Below, in pieces: positions 19,367-29,650 of a stretch of DNA of 64,000 nt; the stretch's first letter is position 1; each line of letters starts with the position of its first letter. Source of the DNA: Coleofasciculus sp. B1-GNL1-01 (GTDB lineage: Bacteria; Cyanobacteriota; Cyanobacteriia; Cyanobacteriales; Coleofasciculaceae); assembly GCA_040220235.1 (NCBI GenBank), contig JAVJTO010000071.1; one strand, written 5' to 3'. The position numbers and the translations under genes were made by a program. Below the pieces are notes generated by a model. It was not told the DNA's origin and searched no databases. It was given only the letters and a program-made list of their open reading frames with translations.

Positions 19367-22300
19367 TTAAATATACGAGAAACTGGTCGTAAAAGCAAGG
19401 TCTGCGGTATTAACCCCTTCTACCTGCATGATGTCTTCTCCATTCAAACTGATGATACTATCAACACCTTGTTGAGTCAGAACCAGATCATTGAGCGCTA
19501 TACCTAAGAGTCCAATTTGATCAGAACCCACATCATAGCCGCGCACAATATCTAACCCGGCGTTTTCTTCAAGTACATAAATGTCACTAGCGCCGAAATC
19601 GGGAAGGACAAGTTGTATAAGTGGATTGTAGTATGACCCGACAAGAAGATCAGCACCCAAGCCACCACGCAGGGTATCTGCACCCAAGCCACCCGATAGA
19701 ATATCATCACCACCATCACCGCGTATTAAATCATTCCCCCAATTACCAAACAACTGATCATCCCCTAAACCACCGATTAATAGATCATCACCGCCTTTAC
19801 CTTTGATGATTTCTGAGAAAGAACTACCCTCTATCGTATCGGCTCCATTGCGACCTAGAAGTTCCACATTAGCATTCACAGGAGCCGTTACCGTAATCGA
19901 AGATAAGTCTAGATTTACCTGACTATTTTGGGAAGCAAAGCTCATGGTAGAACCCAAAATTTCTAGGTCTGTCACAAGATACCCTTTGTCCTGCAATGCA
20001 TTGAGATCTAATGTCTCCAGCCTGGTTGTGGTGACGGGTGAGTCAATCACAATCTTTAAACTGCTTAAGGAATTTGCTGCTGGAGATAGAGTATCAAGTG
20101 CCGCTTGCAAATCATTTTGAGCAATGATCTGTGTTCCTGGAGTTAAGTTTTCATCCGCAAAATATACGCCGTCCGTTTTGACTAAAATAATCACGTTATC
20201 GGCAAAATCTGGCGTGACTTGGGCATCAGTCACGGCAATCTGTTCAGTTTCGTTAGTGTTAGGATTTGTCAGCTGAAGCGCCCCATCCGTAAAAATATCC
20301 GCACCAGTATGACCGGTTGCCAGTAATTGATTATTAAAATCAATAATTTGCTGGGCAGCCGTCGGGTCAGTAGACGTATCTAGTGCTAAAAATGCATTCC
20401 ACTCATCGGGAATTTGGGCGATTAAAGCTTTATTATCCCATTCAAAATAAAAAGCCGCGCTACCCTCTGTTCCGTCAGGAAGGAAAGCCGAGTTGTTATA
20501 AGCCTGTCCACTGGCTATTAATGAGGCACAGTTTTCTGTAATGATTTGACCCGTCGTTGTGCTGATACAGTAATCCAAATTTAGAACAGTCGTGAAACCT
20601 GGATCGAGCGGATCATCAGTCTCTGGATCAAACAGCTCAGAATAAAGCCGGAATTGCTCCCCATTTCCTAGTGTTGCCGTATATTGAACATAGGGGATCG
20701 TGCCATAATCAACGCTGTTATTATTCGAGGTGTTAGTGTCAAACGCATTATAACTACTAAATGCGGCTACACTTACTTCACTCCCAACGACATTCTTTTG
20801 TACGGCTACCAAGGGTGAGCCAGCCGTTTTTTCAAGCTTATTAACTGGGAGCCAAATTGTACCTTTAACTTGACCATTATTGTATTCGGATAGTTCTGAA
20901 TTTTCTCCTAATGAACCATAAAAATTGTTAATTTGAACATAGTCGCTACTCACGGTTGTATTGACTATCAATTGTACGGATTCCCCCGACAAGAGTGTGG
21001 GAATGACCACTTCAACCGAGTCCGGATTGCCATCGCCACTCAAGCTTTGACCATTGGCGGCAATATAGGAGTCAATCATGCCGTCCTGATTAGGATCGTA
21101 TGTATCTAAATCAATCGCACTAACGGGAAGGATTAGTTCAGAGACGTTTAATTGCAAGTCTCCATTATCAGTGATCAAGACAGATTCAGCCGTCGCTGAA
21201 CCATTGTTGGTGACGGTCAATGTATAGGAAAATTCTTCATCGGGAATCGCAATATTTTCTCCTTCTAATGTAGAGATAAATGCCTTTTCGATTTCTAAAT
21301 CAATTTCTTGTCGATTGCCAAAATCAATGTCTGTTGCATTTGTCCCACTTTCAACGGTGATTGGTGCTGGATTTGTTGTTTTCTGCACCCAACCCGTTTT
21401 TTGCTCTTCCCGGATGGTATAGCTTCCTACAGTTAAATCCGTAAAGCTGTAATTACCACTTCCATCCGTAACGGTACTGGTTTCTCCCGCATCTAAACTG
21501 CCGTTATCATTGGCATCAATAAAGATAGTCCAGCCAGCTAATCCGGTTTCACCTGCATCTTTAACTCCATCGCCATCAATGTCTTCAAATTTCTGTCCAC
21601 TGATACTACCGAGTTGGAAGTTGCCAAAGTTAACTCCTGTAACTGTAGTACCACTACTGGTAATGTTAATCGCGCTGGGATTAGATGTAGTTTGTTCCCA
21701 ACCCGTTTTTTGCTCTTCCCGGATGGTATAGTCTCCAGCCGTTAAATCGGTAAAGCTGTAATTACCATTGGCATCTGTATTCGTACTGGTTTCACCAGTA
21801 TCTAAACTACCGTTATTATTGGCGTCAATAAAGATAGTCCAGCCATCTAATCCGGCTTCACCTGTATCTTTAACTCCATCACCATCAGTGTCTTCAAACT
21901 TCTGTCCACTGATGCTACCGAGTTGGAAGTTGCCAAAGTTAACTCCTGTAACTGTAGTACCACTACTGGTAATGTTAATCGCGCTGGGATTAGTTGTAGT
22001 TTGTTGCCAACCTGCTTGTTGAACTTCGCGAATGGTATAGGTTTCAACAGTTAAACCCGTAAAGCTGTAGTCACCATTGGAATCTGTGGTGGTACTGGTT
22101 TCACCTGCATCGAGAACACCGTCATTATCGCTATCAATAAAGATAGTCCAGCCAGCTAATCCGGCTTCACCTGCATCTTTAACTCCATCGCCATCAATGT
22201 CTTCAAATTTCTGTCCACTGATGCTACCAAGTTGGAAGTTACCGAAGTCAACCCCTGTGGTGTCTGTACCACTGGTAATGTTAATGTCGCTGGGATTCGA

Positions 22301-24163
22301 TGTAGTTTGTTGCCAACCTGCTTGTTGAACTTCGCGAATGGTGTAATTTCCTGCACTTAAATCAGTAAAGCTGTAGTTCCCATTGGCATCTGTGGTGGTA
22401 TTGGTTTCTCCTGCATCTAAACTACCGTTATCATTAGCATCAATAAAGATAGTCCAGCCAGCTAATCCCGCTTCACCTGCATCTTTAATCCCATCGCCAT
22501 CAATGTCTTCAAACTTCTGTCCACTGATGCTACCGAATTCTTCAACATTACCGAAATCAACGCCTGTAACTGTCGTATTACTACCAATTGTGATTAGACT
22601 TGGATCAGTCGTTGTTTGAATAAGGTCTGTTGGGGTTACCTGGCGAACAAAATAGTCACCCGCTAAAACATCACCAAAGGAGTATGAGCCATTAGCAGAA
22701 GTTGTGGTTGTTACTAACGAGTCTTTGGTTGGGTCAAATGCGCCTTCATTCGCCTCAAACACGCCATCACCATCATCTAAAAATAATTTAATCGTGACGC
22801 CATCTAAATTCGGATCAGCACCCGCTTCATCATCTCCATCTCCATTGACATCCTCAAACACGCGACCCGAAATCGTCCCCTCCGGATCGATTCCCGCCAC
22901 ATCAGCAATGGCAAATTCCTCAAACCCGCCGTCTGAACTAACAAGCTTAGAAAAAAGATACACATAAGTACTGCCTGTTGCTCCAGAAAAAGCCGTTTCA
23001 GGAACGTAAATCGAGGCATCAAACGAACTCGTTCCTGGTGTTAAACTGGCATCAAGCAGTACGGAACCGCCTAAATCAAAAACAGCTTGTCCATTATTTA
23101 AGGCACCAATCAGTGTCTGATTGCTTGGATCATAAGCACTCAATGTAGCCGAATTGCCCAGAAAGAGTCGGAACTCTTGTAGCGTAATCTCAGAGGCGCT
23201 ATTCTTTTCATTCAGATCCAGGCGGATTTCGCGGAAGGTTTCTCCAGCAATAGTAACCTGTTGCAGTTCAGATAGTTGGAGCGATCGCGCTGACTTCACA
23301 TCGGGTTGATGAACCGCCGCATCGGTGTTGAAGCCTTCTTCATCCGGTTTTGCTCTCAGTTTGAGAAACGAGTCATTGGTTCCAGAACCCGAGGCTAAAT
23401 CAGATCGAACAATATAAGAACCATTGACAAATCCGGCTGACTGAGTTCCCGTTAAATCTAGAACCGAATCCGTGAAAATATGGGGTTCAGCCGCTTCCGC
23501 CGTTTTCAAATCCGTAGCAGTTAACAGGAACGTTTCATTCGCCGAATCATCAGGATGAACATACCATTCGGTGACAATCGTCCCATTTTTTAGACCATCG
23601 CGATCGCGAGAACTTCCATCTTTAACCATCCAAGGTTCATGTCCTGATCCTGAATTGGACGACGCCAAAATCAAATCATCGGCTGTACCAAACTCCCCAT
23701 CAGCACCCGCTTCCAGATGTTGCACCTGTAATTTGACCACCGCACCTGGATCAAACCCTGTCGCGGTAATCGTCGCTGTTTCACCCGGTTGGTAATCTTG
23801 CTTATCAGTTTCGACTGTTGGTGTACTGGTTGTCTCTGCTTCAGCCGTGTCAATCTGGAATCGCTGAGACACATTCTTTATCAATGAGTCAGAAACAGCT
23901 AACGGTTCTTGAATGTCTGGAACAATCCCAGATAGATCGTCTAAGGGTGAGTTTGATGGCGTAAGTGGAGCAAATTTAACTGTGCCTAACTCACTATCAG
24001 TAACCGCTTCTAGTTCTAGATAGTGTCGCTCAAAAAACGGCTTGACCTGAGATAAGAGATAAAAAACTCGATTTAATCCAGGAGACAATAACCGAGGTTG
24101 AACTGTCTCGGTCAGCAATTCATATAGATAAGGGAAGTCTAAATACTTAGTAGCAGTCATCAT
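19367..24163 (-). CDS. Large Ca-binding adhesin: five SdrD B-like repeats, DUF11, C-terminal RTX repeats
   Basis: GSISGQKFEDxDGDG...FGN repeats; YTLTVTNNG DUF11-like motif; GGxGxDxL nonapeptides; no N-terminal signal (consistent with type I secretion). Confidence 0.9.
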   Translation of the reverse strand: MMTATKYLDFPYLYELLTETVQPRLLSPGLNRVFYLLSQVKPFFERHYLELEAVTDSELGTVKFAPLTPSNSPLDDLSGIVPDIQEPLAVSDSLIKNVSQRFQIDTAEAETTSTPTVETDKQDYQPGETATITATGFDPGAVVKLQVQHLEAGADGEFGTADDLILASSNSGSGHEPWMVKDGSSRDRDGLKNGTIVTEWYVHPDDSANETFLLTATDLKTAEAAEPHIFTDSVLDLTGTQSAGFVNGSYIVRSDLASGSGTNDSFLKLRAKPDEEGFNTDAAVHQPDVKSARSLQLSELQQVTIAGETFREIRLDLNEKNSASEITLQEFRLFLGNSATLSAYDPSNQTLIGALNNGQAVFDLGGSVLLDASLTPGTSSFDASIYVPETAFSGATGSTYVYLFSKLVSSDGGFEEFAIADVAGIDPEGTISGRVFEDVNGDGDDEAGADPNLDGVTIKLFLDDGDGVFEANEGAFDPTKDSLVTTTTSANGSYSFGDVLAGDYFVRQVTPTDLIQTTTDPSLITIGSNTTVTGVDFGNVEEFGSISGQKFEDIDGDGIKDAGEAGLAGWTIFIDANDNGSLDAGETNTTTDANGNYSFTDLSAGNYTIREVQQAGWQQTTSNPSDINITSGTDTTGVDFGNFQLGSISGQKFEDIDGDGVKDAGEAGLAGWTIFIDSDNDGVLDAGETSTTTDSNGDYSFTGLTVETYTIREVQQAGWQQTTTNPSAINITSSGTTVTGVNFGNFQLGSISGQKFEDTDGDGVKDTGEAGLDGWTIFIDANNNGSLDTGETSTNTDANGNYSFTDLTAGDYTIREEQKTGWEQTTSNPSAINITSSGTTVTGVNFGNFQLGSISGQKFEDIDGDGVKDAGETGLAGWTIFIDANDNGSLDAGETSTVTDGSGNYSFTDLTVGSYTIREEQKTGWVQKTTNPAPITVESGTNATDIDFGNRQEIDLEIEKAFISTLEGENIAIPDEEFSYTLTVTNNGSATAESVLITDNGDLQLNVSELILPVSAIDLDTYDPNQDGMIDSYIAANGQSLSGDGNPDSVEVVIPTLLSGESVQLIVNTTVSSDYVQINNFYGSLGENSELSEYNNGQVKGTIWLPVNKLEKTAGSPLVAVQKNVVGSEVSVAAFSSYNAFDTNTSNNNSVDYGTIPYVQYTATLGNGEQFRLYSELFDPETDDPLDPGFTTVLNLDYCISTTTGQIITENCASLIASGQAYNNSAFLPDGTEGSAAFYFEWDNKALIAQIPDEWNAFLALDTSTDPTAAQQIIDFNNQLLATGHTGADIFTDGALQLTNPNTNETEQIAVTDAQVTPDFADNVIILVKTDGVYFADENLTPGTQIIAQNDLQAALDTLSPAANSLSSLKIVIDSPVTTTRLETLDLNALQDKGYLVTDLEILGSTMSFASQNSQVNLDLSSITVTAPVNANVELLGRNGADTIEGSSFSEIIKGKGGDDLLIGGLGDDQLFGNWGNDLIRGDGGDDILSGGLGADTLRGGLGADLLVGSYYNPLIQLVLPDFGASDIYVLEENAGLDIVRGYDVGSDQIGLLGIALNDLVLTQQGVDSIISLNGEDIMQVEGVNTADLAFTTSFSYI
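21315..22880 (-). repeat. Tandem ~310-bp SdrD B-like coding repeats (4 near-identical + 1 divergent)
   Basis: Near-identical DNA units visible on the + strand (e.g. AATAAAGATAGTCCAGCC four times). Confidence 0.92.
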
Positions 24164-24591
24164 GTGAGGAACAATTAGCCCTGATCAACAACAGTGAAAA
24201 TAAGCTGTACCTGATGGAAAGTGTCTCAATCAGTTTTAACAAAGACACCACACCCATTGCTGGGCAATGGTTTAAACGTTCAATAATTCTTCAGGCTGAC
24301 TATGATTTTTATCGCCACAATAGCTAGACAAAACTATCACCCGCATAGCTTTCAGAACTCATTTCAACTCACTAAATTTATCTGTTCAACAGATATTGAA
24401 CGTATAATAACTAAACCTGACACCCGTTTATGTGAAGAATCTGTAAAGTTACTTCTAATTAACGTAAGAGATTGATGAAGCTTGCTTAAAACCCAACATG
24501 TAACCATCTTAAATTTGTAGTACATAATTTTTATATACTTTTTATCACTTCTGGTAATGAGTCAAACCTATTCCTCTGATAAAAACTAGAA

Positions 24592-24653
24592 AATGTTGGT
24601 GAATGTTGGCAAATATTAGTGAATGTTGGTAAATGTTGGTAAATGTTGGTAAA
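24592..24653 (+). repeat. 10-bp tandem repeat (AATGTTGGTA consensus) x6
   Basis: Direct read, ~95 bp upstream of the SDR gene. Confidence 0.85.
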
Positions 24654-24745
24654 AATGACGACCAACCCAAGCCGGGACTCAATTGCCCCAGTCTCTATAC
24701 AAAGATTGCAAAGATTGCGCTACTATCAATAAAAAATGAGAACGT

Positions 24746-26344
24746 ATGAATCAGTGTCAACCTCAGCAAGTCTGCATTGTCACAGGTGGTAACTCAGGTG
24801 TAGGTTTGATGACTGCTGTTGGTCTCGCCCAATTCGGTCATCATGTATTTATCGCCTGTCGCTGTGCAAACAAAGCTGAGAAATCTGTCAATTATATTCG
24901 CTCCTCCACCGGAAATCCCAAGGTTGAGTTTTTGCCACTCGATTTAGCCTCCCTTGATTCAGTTCGTACATTTGTGAAACTGTTTCAGGACAGACAGCTT
25001 CCGCTGCATTTATTAGTGAATAATGCGGGAGTTTTCAATGCCAGAGGCACAACTCAAGAAGGATTTGAACTCATTTGGGGAATTAACTATCTGGGTCACT
25101 TTCTACTGACAAATTTGCTACTGGAAACGCTTCAACATTCAGCCCCCAGCCGAATCATCATGGTTGCCTCTGACTTAGCCTTGCGCCCCACTTCTATCAA
25201 ATGGGAATGTTTTGTCAAGAAGACACCCTTAAATTTTATAGAACTGTATGCCGTATCAAAACTTTGCTTAGTGATCCTGACTCAAGAACTGGCACAGCGC
25301 TTAAAGACTACCAACATAACTGTTAACGCAATTCATCCTGGATTTGTGCAATCTAATATAACCTTAGGGCATCGCTTAAGCAAGTATTTGGGCATTGGCA
25401 TTTCGCCCCAAGAAAGTGCTTCTGGGTTGCTGACTTGTGCAACATCTGCTGATTTTGCAGCGGTAACGGGTAAGTTTTTTGATTATCAACAGAACGAAAT
25501 AGAACTTCCTGATCTAGCAAAAGATACTGAACTCGGTCAACAGTTGTGGGAACAGAGTGGCTTGTGGACAGGCTGTAATCAATACAATCCGAAAACACCC
25601 GCCAAACCTGAGACGACTGTTGGACTTTTAGAACCCTATTCGCTGGCATTAAGTCCCTCTGAACTCGGTTCCCTTACCCAAGCTATTGTTGAAACTGTCT
25701 TGCCTAACCCCCCGCTTAAAAACCAATTTTATCATTTTATCCACCTTTTATTTAATTTCAAGATTGGAGCAATTATTCTACTTGTCAATCAACTCCGCAA
25801 GAAAGAGTTTTATATGGAAAGACATCTTGATTCAGAGGCTGTTTGGGCGATCTGTCAGGATAAAAAGTTACGACAGAAATTGAACGAGTATTTGGGTGAA
25901 ACATTAGTCTTGTGGCGTTCGGAAATTTGGGTAAATTATCCCTCGCAACAACTGATTCCATTTTGGCATCAAGACTCCTATCCCAATCTGCTTCAAGGCG
26001 AAGGGAAAACGATCAATGTCTACATTGCACTAACCGAGGTTAATGAACGGAATGGGTTTGAGTACATCCCTAATTTTCAACTCACTCCGGATGTCTCAGT
26101 TAAAATGAAAGACCCATTTAGTGGCAATCACTTGTTTAATTTGACAGAAGACTTAGAACAGCAAGCCATTCCTGTGGTTTTGCGTCCTGGAGAATTTGTT
26201 TTATTTACCGACCAACTCATGCATCGTTCGATTCGCAATACCAGTGGTCAAGTTCGGCTAGCCCTCACCCTGCGGCTGACTCAACCCTCTGTTCATATCG
26301 TGTCAAGCTATAGTCCTATTTACAGTAAGCCTGTCTTGTTGTAA
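24746..26344 (+). CDS. SDR oxidoreductase (retinol dehydrogenase/POR-like) fused to PhyH-type Fe/2OG dioxygenase
   Basis: TGGNSGVG, NNAG, YAVSK, HPGFV; C-terminal WHQD...LRPGEFVLF...HRS...R. Confidence 0.85.
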   Translation: MNQCQPQQVCIVTGGNSGVGLMTAVGLAQFGHHVFIACRCANKAEKSVNYIRSSTGNPKVEFLPLDLASLDSVRTFVKLFQDRQLPLHLLVNNAGVFNARGTTQEGFELIWGINYLGHFLLTNLLLETLQHSAPSRIIMVASDLALRPTSIKWECFVKKTPLNFIELYAVSKLCLVILTQELAQRLKTTNITVNAIHPGFVQSNITLGHRLSKYLGIGISPQESASGLLTCATSADFAAVTGKFFDYQQNEIELPDLAKDTELGQQLWEQSGLWTGCNQYNPKTPAKPETTVGLLEPYSLALSPSELGSLTQAIVETVLPNPPLKNQFYHFIHLLFNFKIGAIILLVNQLRKKEFYMERHLDSEAVWAICQDKKLRQKLNEYLGETLVLWRSEIWVNYPSQQLIPFWHQDSYPNLLQGEGKTINVYIALTEVNERNGFEYIPNFQLTPDVSVKMKDPFSGNHLFNLTEDLEQQAIPVVLRPGEFVLFTDQLMHRSIRNTSGQVRLALTLRLTQPSVHIVSSYSPIYSKPVLL

Positions 26345-26367
26345 GTTCTGCTAACATGAAATATAAG

Positions 26368-26495
26368 TAAGCTGTCATGCATTTAAATTGGGTATTAGTA
26401 GCGAGCAAGATGCAAAGCCTGCGGCATGGCTTCGCTTAACGCACTACAAGGCTTTCGCCGTTATTGATATTAAGGTTTAAATGCCGAACAGCTTA
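26368..26495. mobile_element. MITE with ~20-bp imperfect TIRs, nested in a second MITE end
   Basis: TAAGCTGTCATGCATTTAAA ... TTTAAATGCCGAACAGCTTA; a partial copy occurs at ~32067. Confidence 0.7.
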
Positions 26496-26618
26496 GTTGG
26501 ACAAAATTAAATCAGGGAACAGGGAACAGTAAGTAGTCGGACATTCTAGTATTTAGGGTGATAAATAAGGAAACGCGGATTTATTGAAAACATTTATTCA
26601 AGTTAGGAGACATTTAAA

Positions 26619-28268
26619 ATGTCCTTTAAAAAGTTTCTGGTAATTGGCACAACTCTAGTCTTGGTAGGGGGTGGCGCGGCTTATCTCTACGCTAAAGGTT
26701 TTTGGGGAGTCGCCGACACCCCAGCCGCCAGTGCTAAAGTTATCCCCGATGAAGCGGTGATGGCGGGCTTTATTTCCACTGACTCTCAATCCTGGATGAA
26801 GTTGCAGAAGTTTGGTACGCCCGAACTGCAAACGTTAGTGAATCAAAGTCTGGAAGATTTAAAAACAGAAACCTTTAAGGATTCCCAAATTAGTTACGAG
26901 GAAGATTTAAAACCGTGGTTGGGGAATGTAATGGTCGCGGTTTTACCAACTACCTCTGCTGAAGCGGTAGACGACTCCAATCTGTTGACAGTTGTTACGA
27001 TTAAAAATAAGTTCAGTCTGTTAAAGTTTGCCAACCAGTTGAAAACTGACGAAAAACTGGGAAAAACTGATGAGATTGACTATAACGGGTTGACAATTTT
27101 AGAAACAATCGACGAGGGACAAACCTTCTATTCAGCGGTATTGAGACAGCATTTGGTCATATCCGAAGACTTGAAACCTGTGCAATTAGCGATTGATAGC
27201 TATAAGGGAGAACCGTCTCTGGCTAGCGAAGGGAATATTGCCACACTCTTCTCCCAGGATATGGATCTGCTCAACCCCGTTGCCAAGTTTTATATCCCTG
27301 ACTATACTGCTTTTGTGCAAGAAATGGTTGCTAATAATCCAGGAGTTGCTCCCTTACCACCTGCTACATTAGAACAATTGCAAGCGTTTAAGTCAGTTAA
27401 AATGGGGGTAGGAATTGATGACGTAGGAATCCGGCTGAAAACCGTTGCTAATGTTGAACCATCGGATATTCAAGTCGAATTTCAGCCCAATCCCGGTCAA
27501 ATTATCAGTCAATTCCCCGCTTCAACGATGATGCTGTTAACCGGAAATGGAATTAGTCAGGGATGGGAAATAATGAGCCAATCCGCCCAATCCGATCCCC
27601 AATTGCAGCAAGGACTCAACAGCCTCAGAAGTGCCGCCAATAGCATCAATTTAGACGTAGATCAGGATATCTTTGGCTGGATGGATGGGGAATTTGCCAT
27701 CGGCGTGATTCCTTCCACAGAAGGGATACTCGCCCCCATCGGCTTTGGCGGAGTGATCGTCTTTCAAACCAGCGATCGCGCCACCGCCCAAGCCACGTTA
27801 ACTCAACTTGATACCCTCGCCCAACAGAATACTATTCAAGTTTCACCCACAACAGTTCAAGGACAATCGGTTACCAAATGGGCAATTCCGGGACAAGGAA
27901 CCTGGTTAGGACATGGTTGGCTAAACCAGAATTCCCTGTTTATCGCTATTGGCGAACCAATAGTAGAAAAAATGCTGGCGAATCCTGAACCGTCTCTGGA
28001 TCAAAGTGAGTCGTTTATTACGGTAACTAAAGCTTTACCGGAATCTAACAGCGGTTACTTTTATTTAGATATGGATAAAACCATGACAGTGGTGAATGAT
28101 TTTATCGAAAATACCACCCCAGATACACCAGAACCTGACTCTGATACCCAAACCGCTTTAGCTATTTTAAATTCCGTGCAAGGGATCGGTGGAACCGTGA
28201 CTCAAGACAACCCTTCTACTCATATTTTTGAAATGATTGTTACGCTTAAGCCTAAAACAGAAAACTAA
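26619..28268 (+). CDS. DUF3352 domain protein
   Basis: N-terminal anchor, YEEDLKPWLG, DIFGWMDGEFA, GYFYLD; AGGAGA RBS. Confidence 0.85.
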   Translation: MSFKKFLVIGTTLVLVGGGAAYLYAKGFWGVADTPAASAKVIPDEAVMAGFISTDSQSWMKLQKFGTPELQTLVNQSLEDLKTETFKDSQISYEEDLKPWLGNVMVAVLPTTSAEAVDDSNLLTVVTIKNKFSLLKFANQLKTDEKLGKTDEIDYNGLTILETIDEGQTFYSAVLRQHLVISEDLKPVQLAIDSYKGEPSLASEGNIATLFSQDMDLLNPVAKFYIPDYTAFVQEMVANNPGVAPLPPATLEQLQAFKSVKMGVGIDDVGIRLKTVANVEPSDIQVEFQPNPGQIISQFPASTMMLLTGNGISQGWEIMSQSAQSDPQLQQGLNSLRSAANSINLDVDQDIFGWMDGEFAIGVIPSTEGILAPIGFGGVIVFQTSDRATAQATLTQLDTLAQQNTIQVSPTTVQGQSVTKWAIPGQGTWLGHGWLNQNSLFIAIGEPIVEKMLANPEPSLDQSESFITVTKALPESNSGYFYLDMDKTMTVVNDFIENTTPDTPEPDSDTQTALAILNSVQGIGGTVTQDNPSTHIFEMIVTLKPKTEN

Positions 28269-28761
28269 GCAAAAAAAAGGTAGAGGGTAAAAGACCATTA
28301 CTCACCTTTCGCTCAAGCCACTATCCAATTCAGATCCCCCAAACCTGTTTCATGGTTAAATAGCTATTAAGTGATAAAAGGCTTGTATCGACCGACGCTA
28401 GGACTTGCACTACGTCCGCGATCGCGTCGCTCACGAATCCTGACACGGACAGCCGTGGCTTTTATGAAGTTTTCGTGAAGTTGACCTCTGTGTCAGTTTC
28501 AGGACAATTCATAAATTTTGATTATAGTTAGAACGAATTTTCGTGACTTGAGGGGTCTGGCTTTTTTAAGTTTTGTAACTAAACTGAGAATAGGACTGAA
28601 GAGGTTTGGTGAGCTGCCGCTGTTTTTTTATATTAGATGGGAATTTGCGTTTTTTGTCAAGATAATTTGACATTTTAATAATTGATGTTTATTGATAATT
28701 AGTTTAACTATTTAATTTAATAAAGATTGTGTAAAGGAAAGGATTTTTTGCGATTTGTAAC

Positions 28762-28789
28762 TTGACAGAGATTCCCAAGACTGTAAACT
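28762..28789 (+). promoter_or_regulatory. Candidate sigma70 promoter of the lasso operon
   Basis: TTGACA-N16-TAAACT in an AT-rich region ~110 bp upstream of the RRE gene. Confidence 0.45.
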
Positions 28790-28899
28790 GACGGGCAGTT
28801 GTCTTTTTATACGGATAGAAGAATTAAGGAGAGAATCGTGCGATCGCCTGAACGTTGCCCTGGGTTACTGGATGGCTGTAAAGATAGCGTTTCTGGGAG

Positions 28900-29217
28900 T
28901 TGGCAGAAGTTATGAGTTCTGAAAATACGGTGTCAATGTCTTCGATTATCGTCGCCAGTCAGGAACAGCGCTCATCAGATTTGACGGGAGAGACGGTGAT
29001 CCTGAATCTCAAGTCGGGAATGTACTACGGCTTGAGTGCTGTGGGTGTGAGTATCTGGAATCTGATTCAGGAACCGAAAGCGGTAAGCGAGGTGCGGGAT
29101 GGGATTCTAGCAAAATATGACGTTGAGCCTGAACAGTGCGATCGCGATGTCTTGGCGTTGCTGGAAGAGTTGGCAACAGAAGGATTGATTGAGGTGCGGG
29201 ATGCAGCAGTTGCATAA
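28900..29217 (+). CDS. Lasso peptide RRE (B1, PqqD family)
   Basis: GETVILNLKSGMYYGL...IWNLI...YDV...L..EGLI; adjacent to B2 and cyclase; exact start uncertain. Confidence 0.93.
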   Translation: MAEVMSSENTVSMSSIIVASQEQRSSDLTGETVILNLKSGMYYGLSAVGVSIWNLIQEPKAVSEVRDGILAKYDVEPEQCDRDVLALLEELATEGLIEVRDAAVA

Positions 29218-29650
29218 GTTTCTCAGTTTAACAGCTTGCGATCGCGTTTTGTTATGCCGTGCCGTTTTCTTGCTGGGCGCTGTTCGCTTGGGGCTGGGGG
29301 TGCTACCGTTTCAGCGGTTTCGCCACCTGTTAGCGGGTGTGAAGGGGACAAGATGGTTGTATCCTAGACCTGATTGTCGGATAACCCTCGATCAGATTGT
29401 TTGGGCAGTTGAGGTGGCGAGTTATTATATGCCCGGTCAGGTTAAGTGTTTGGCACGGGCGCTGACAACACAAATTCTCATGAGTTGGTACGGTTACACC
29501 TCGGAACTGAGAATTGGTGTGGCAAAGGGGGAAGCCGGACAGTTTGAGGCTCATGCTTGGGTGGAAATTCAGGGACGGGTGGTAATGGGTCATCTCCGGG
29601 ACTTGTCCCGATATACGCCAATGCCCTCATTTGAAGGGGGTGGGTTATGA
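29201..29650 (+). CDS. Lasso peptide leader peptidase (B2)
   Basis: KCLARAL catalytic Cys; LRIGV...AHAWVE; ATG overlaps the end of the RRE gene. Confidence 0.93.
   Translation: MQQLHKFLSLTACDRVLLCRAVFLLGAVRLGLGVLPFQRFRHLLAGVKGTRWLYPRPDCRITLDQIVWAVEVASYYMPGQVKCLARALTTQILMSWYGYTSELRIGVAKGEAGQFEAHAWVEIQGRVVMGHLRDLSRYTPMPSFEGGGL

Noticed and set aside
21510..22967. Family of repeated + strand ORFs
   Set aside because: Antisense shadows of the SdrD repeats
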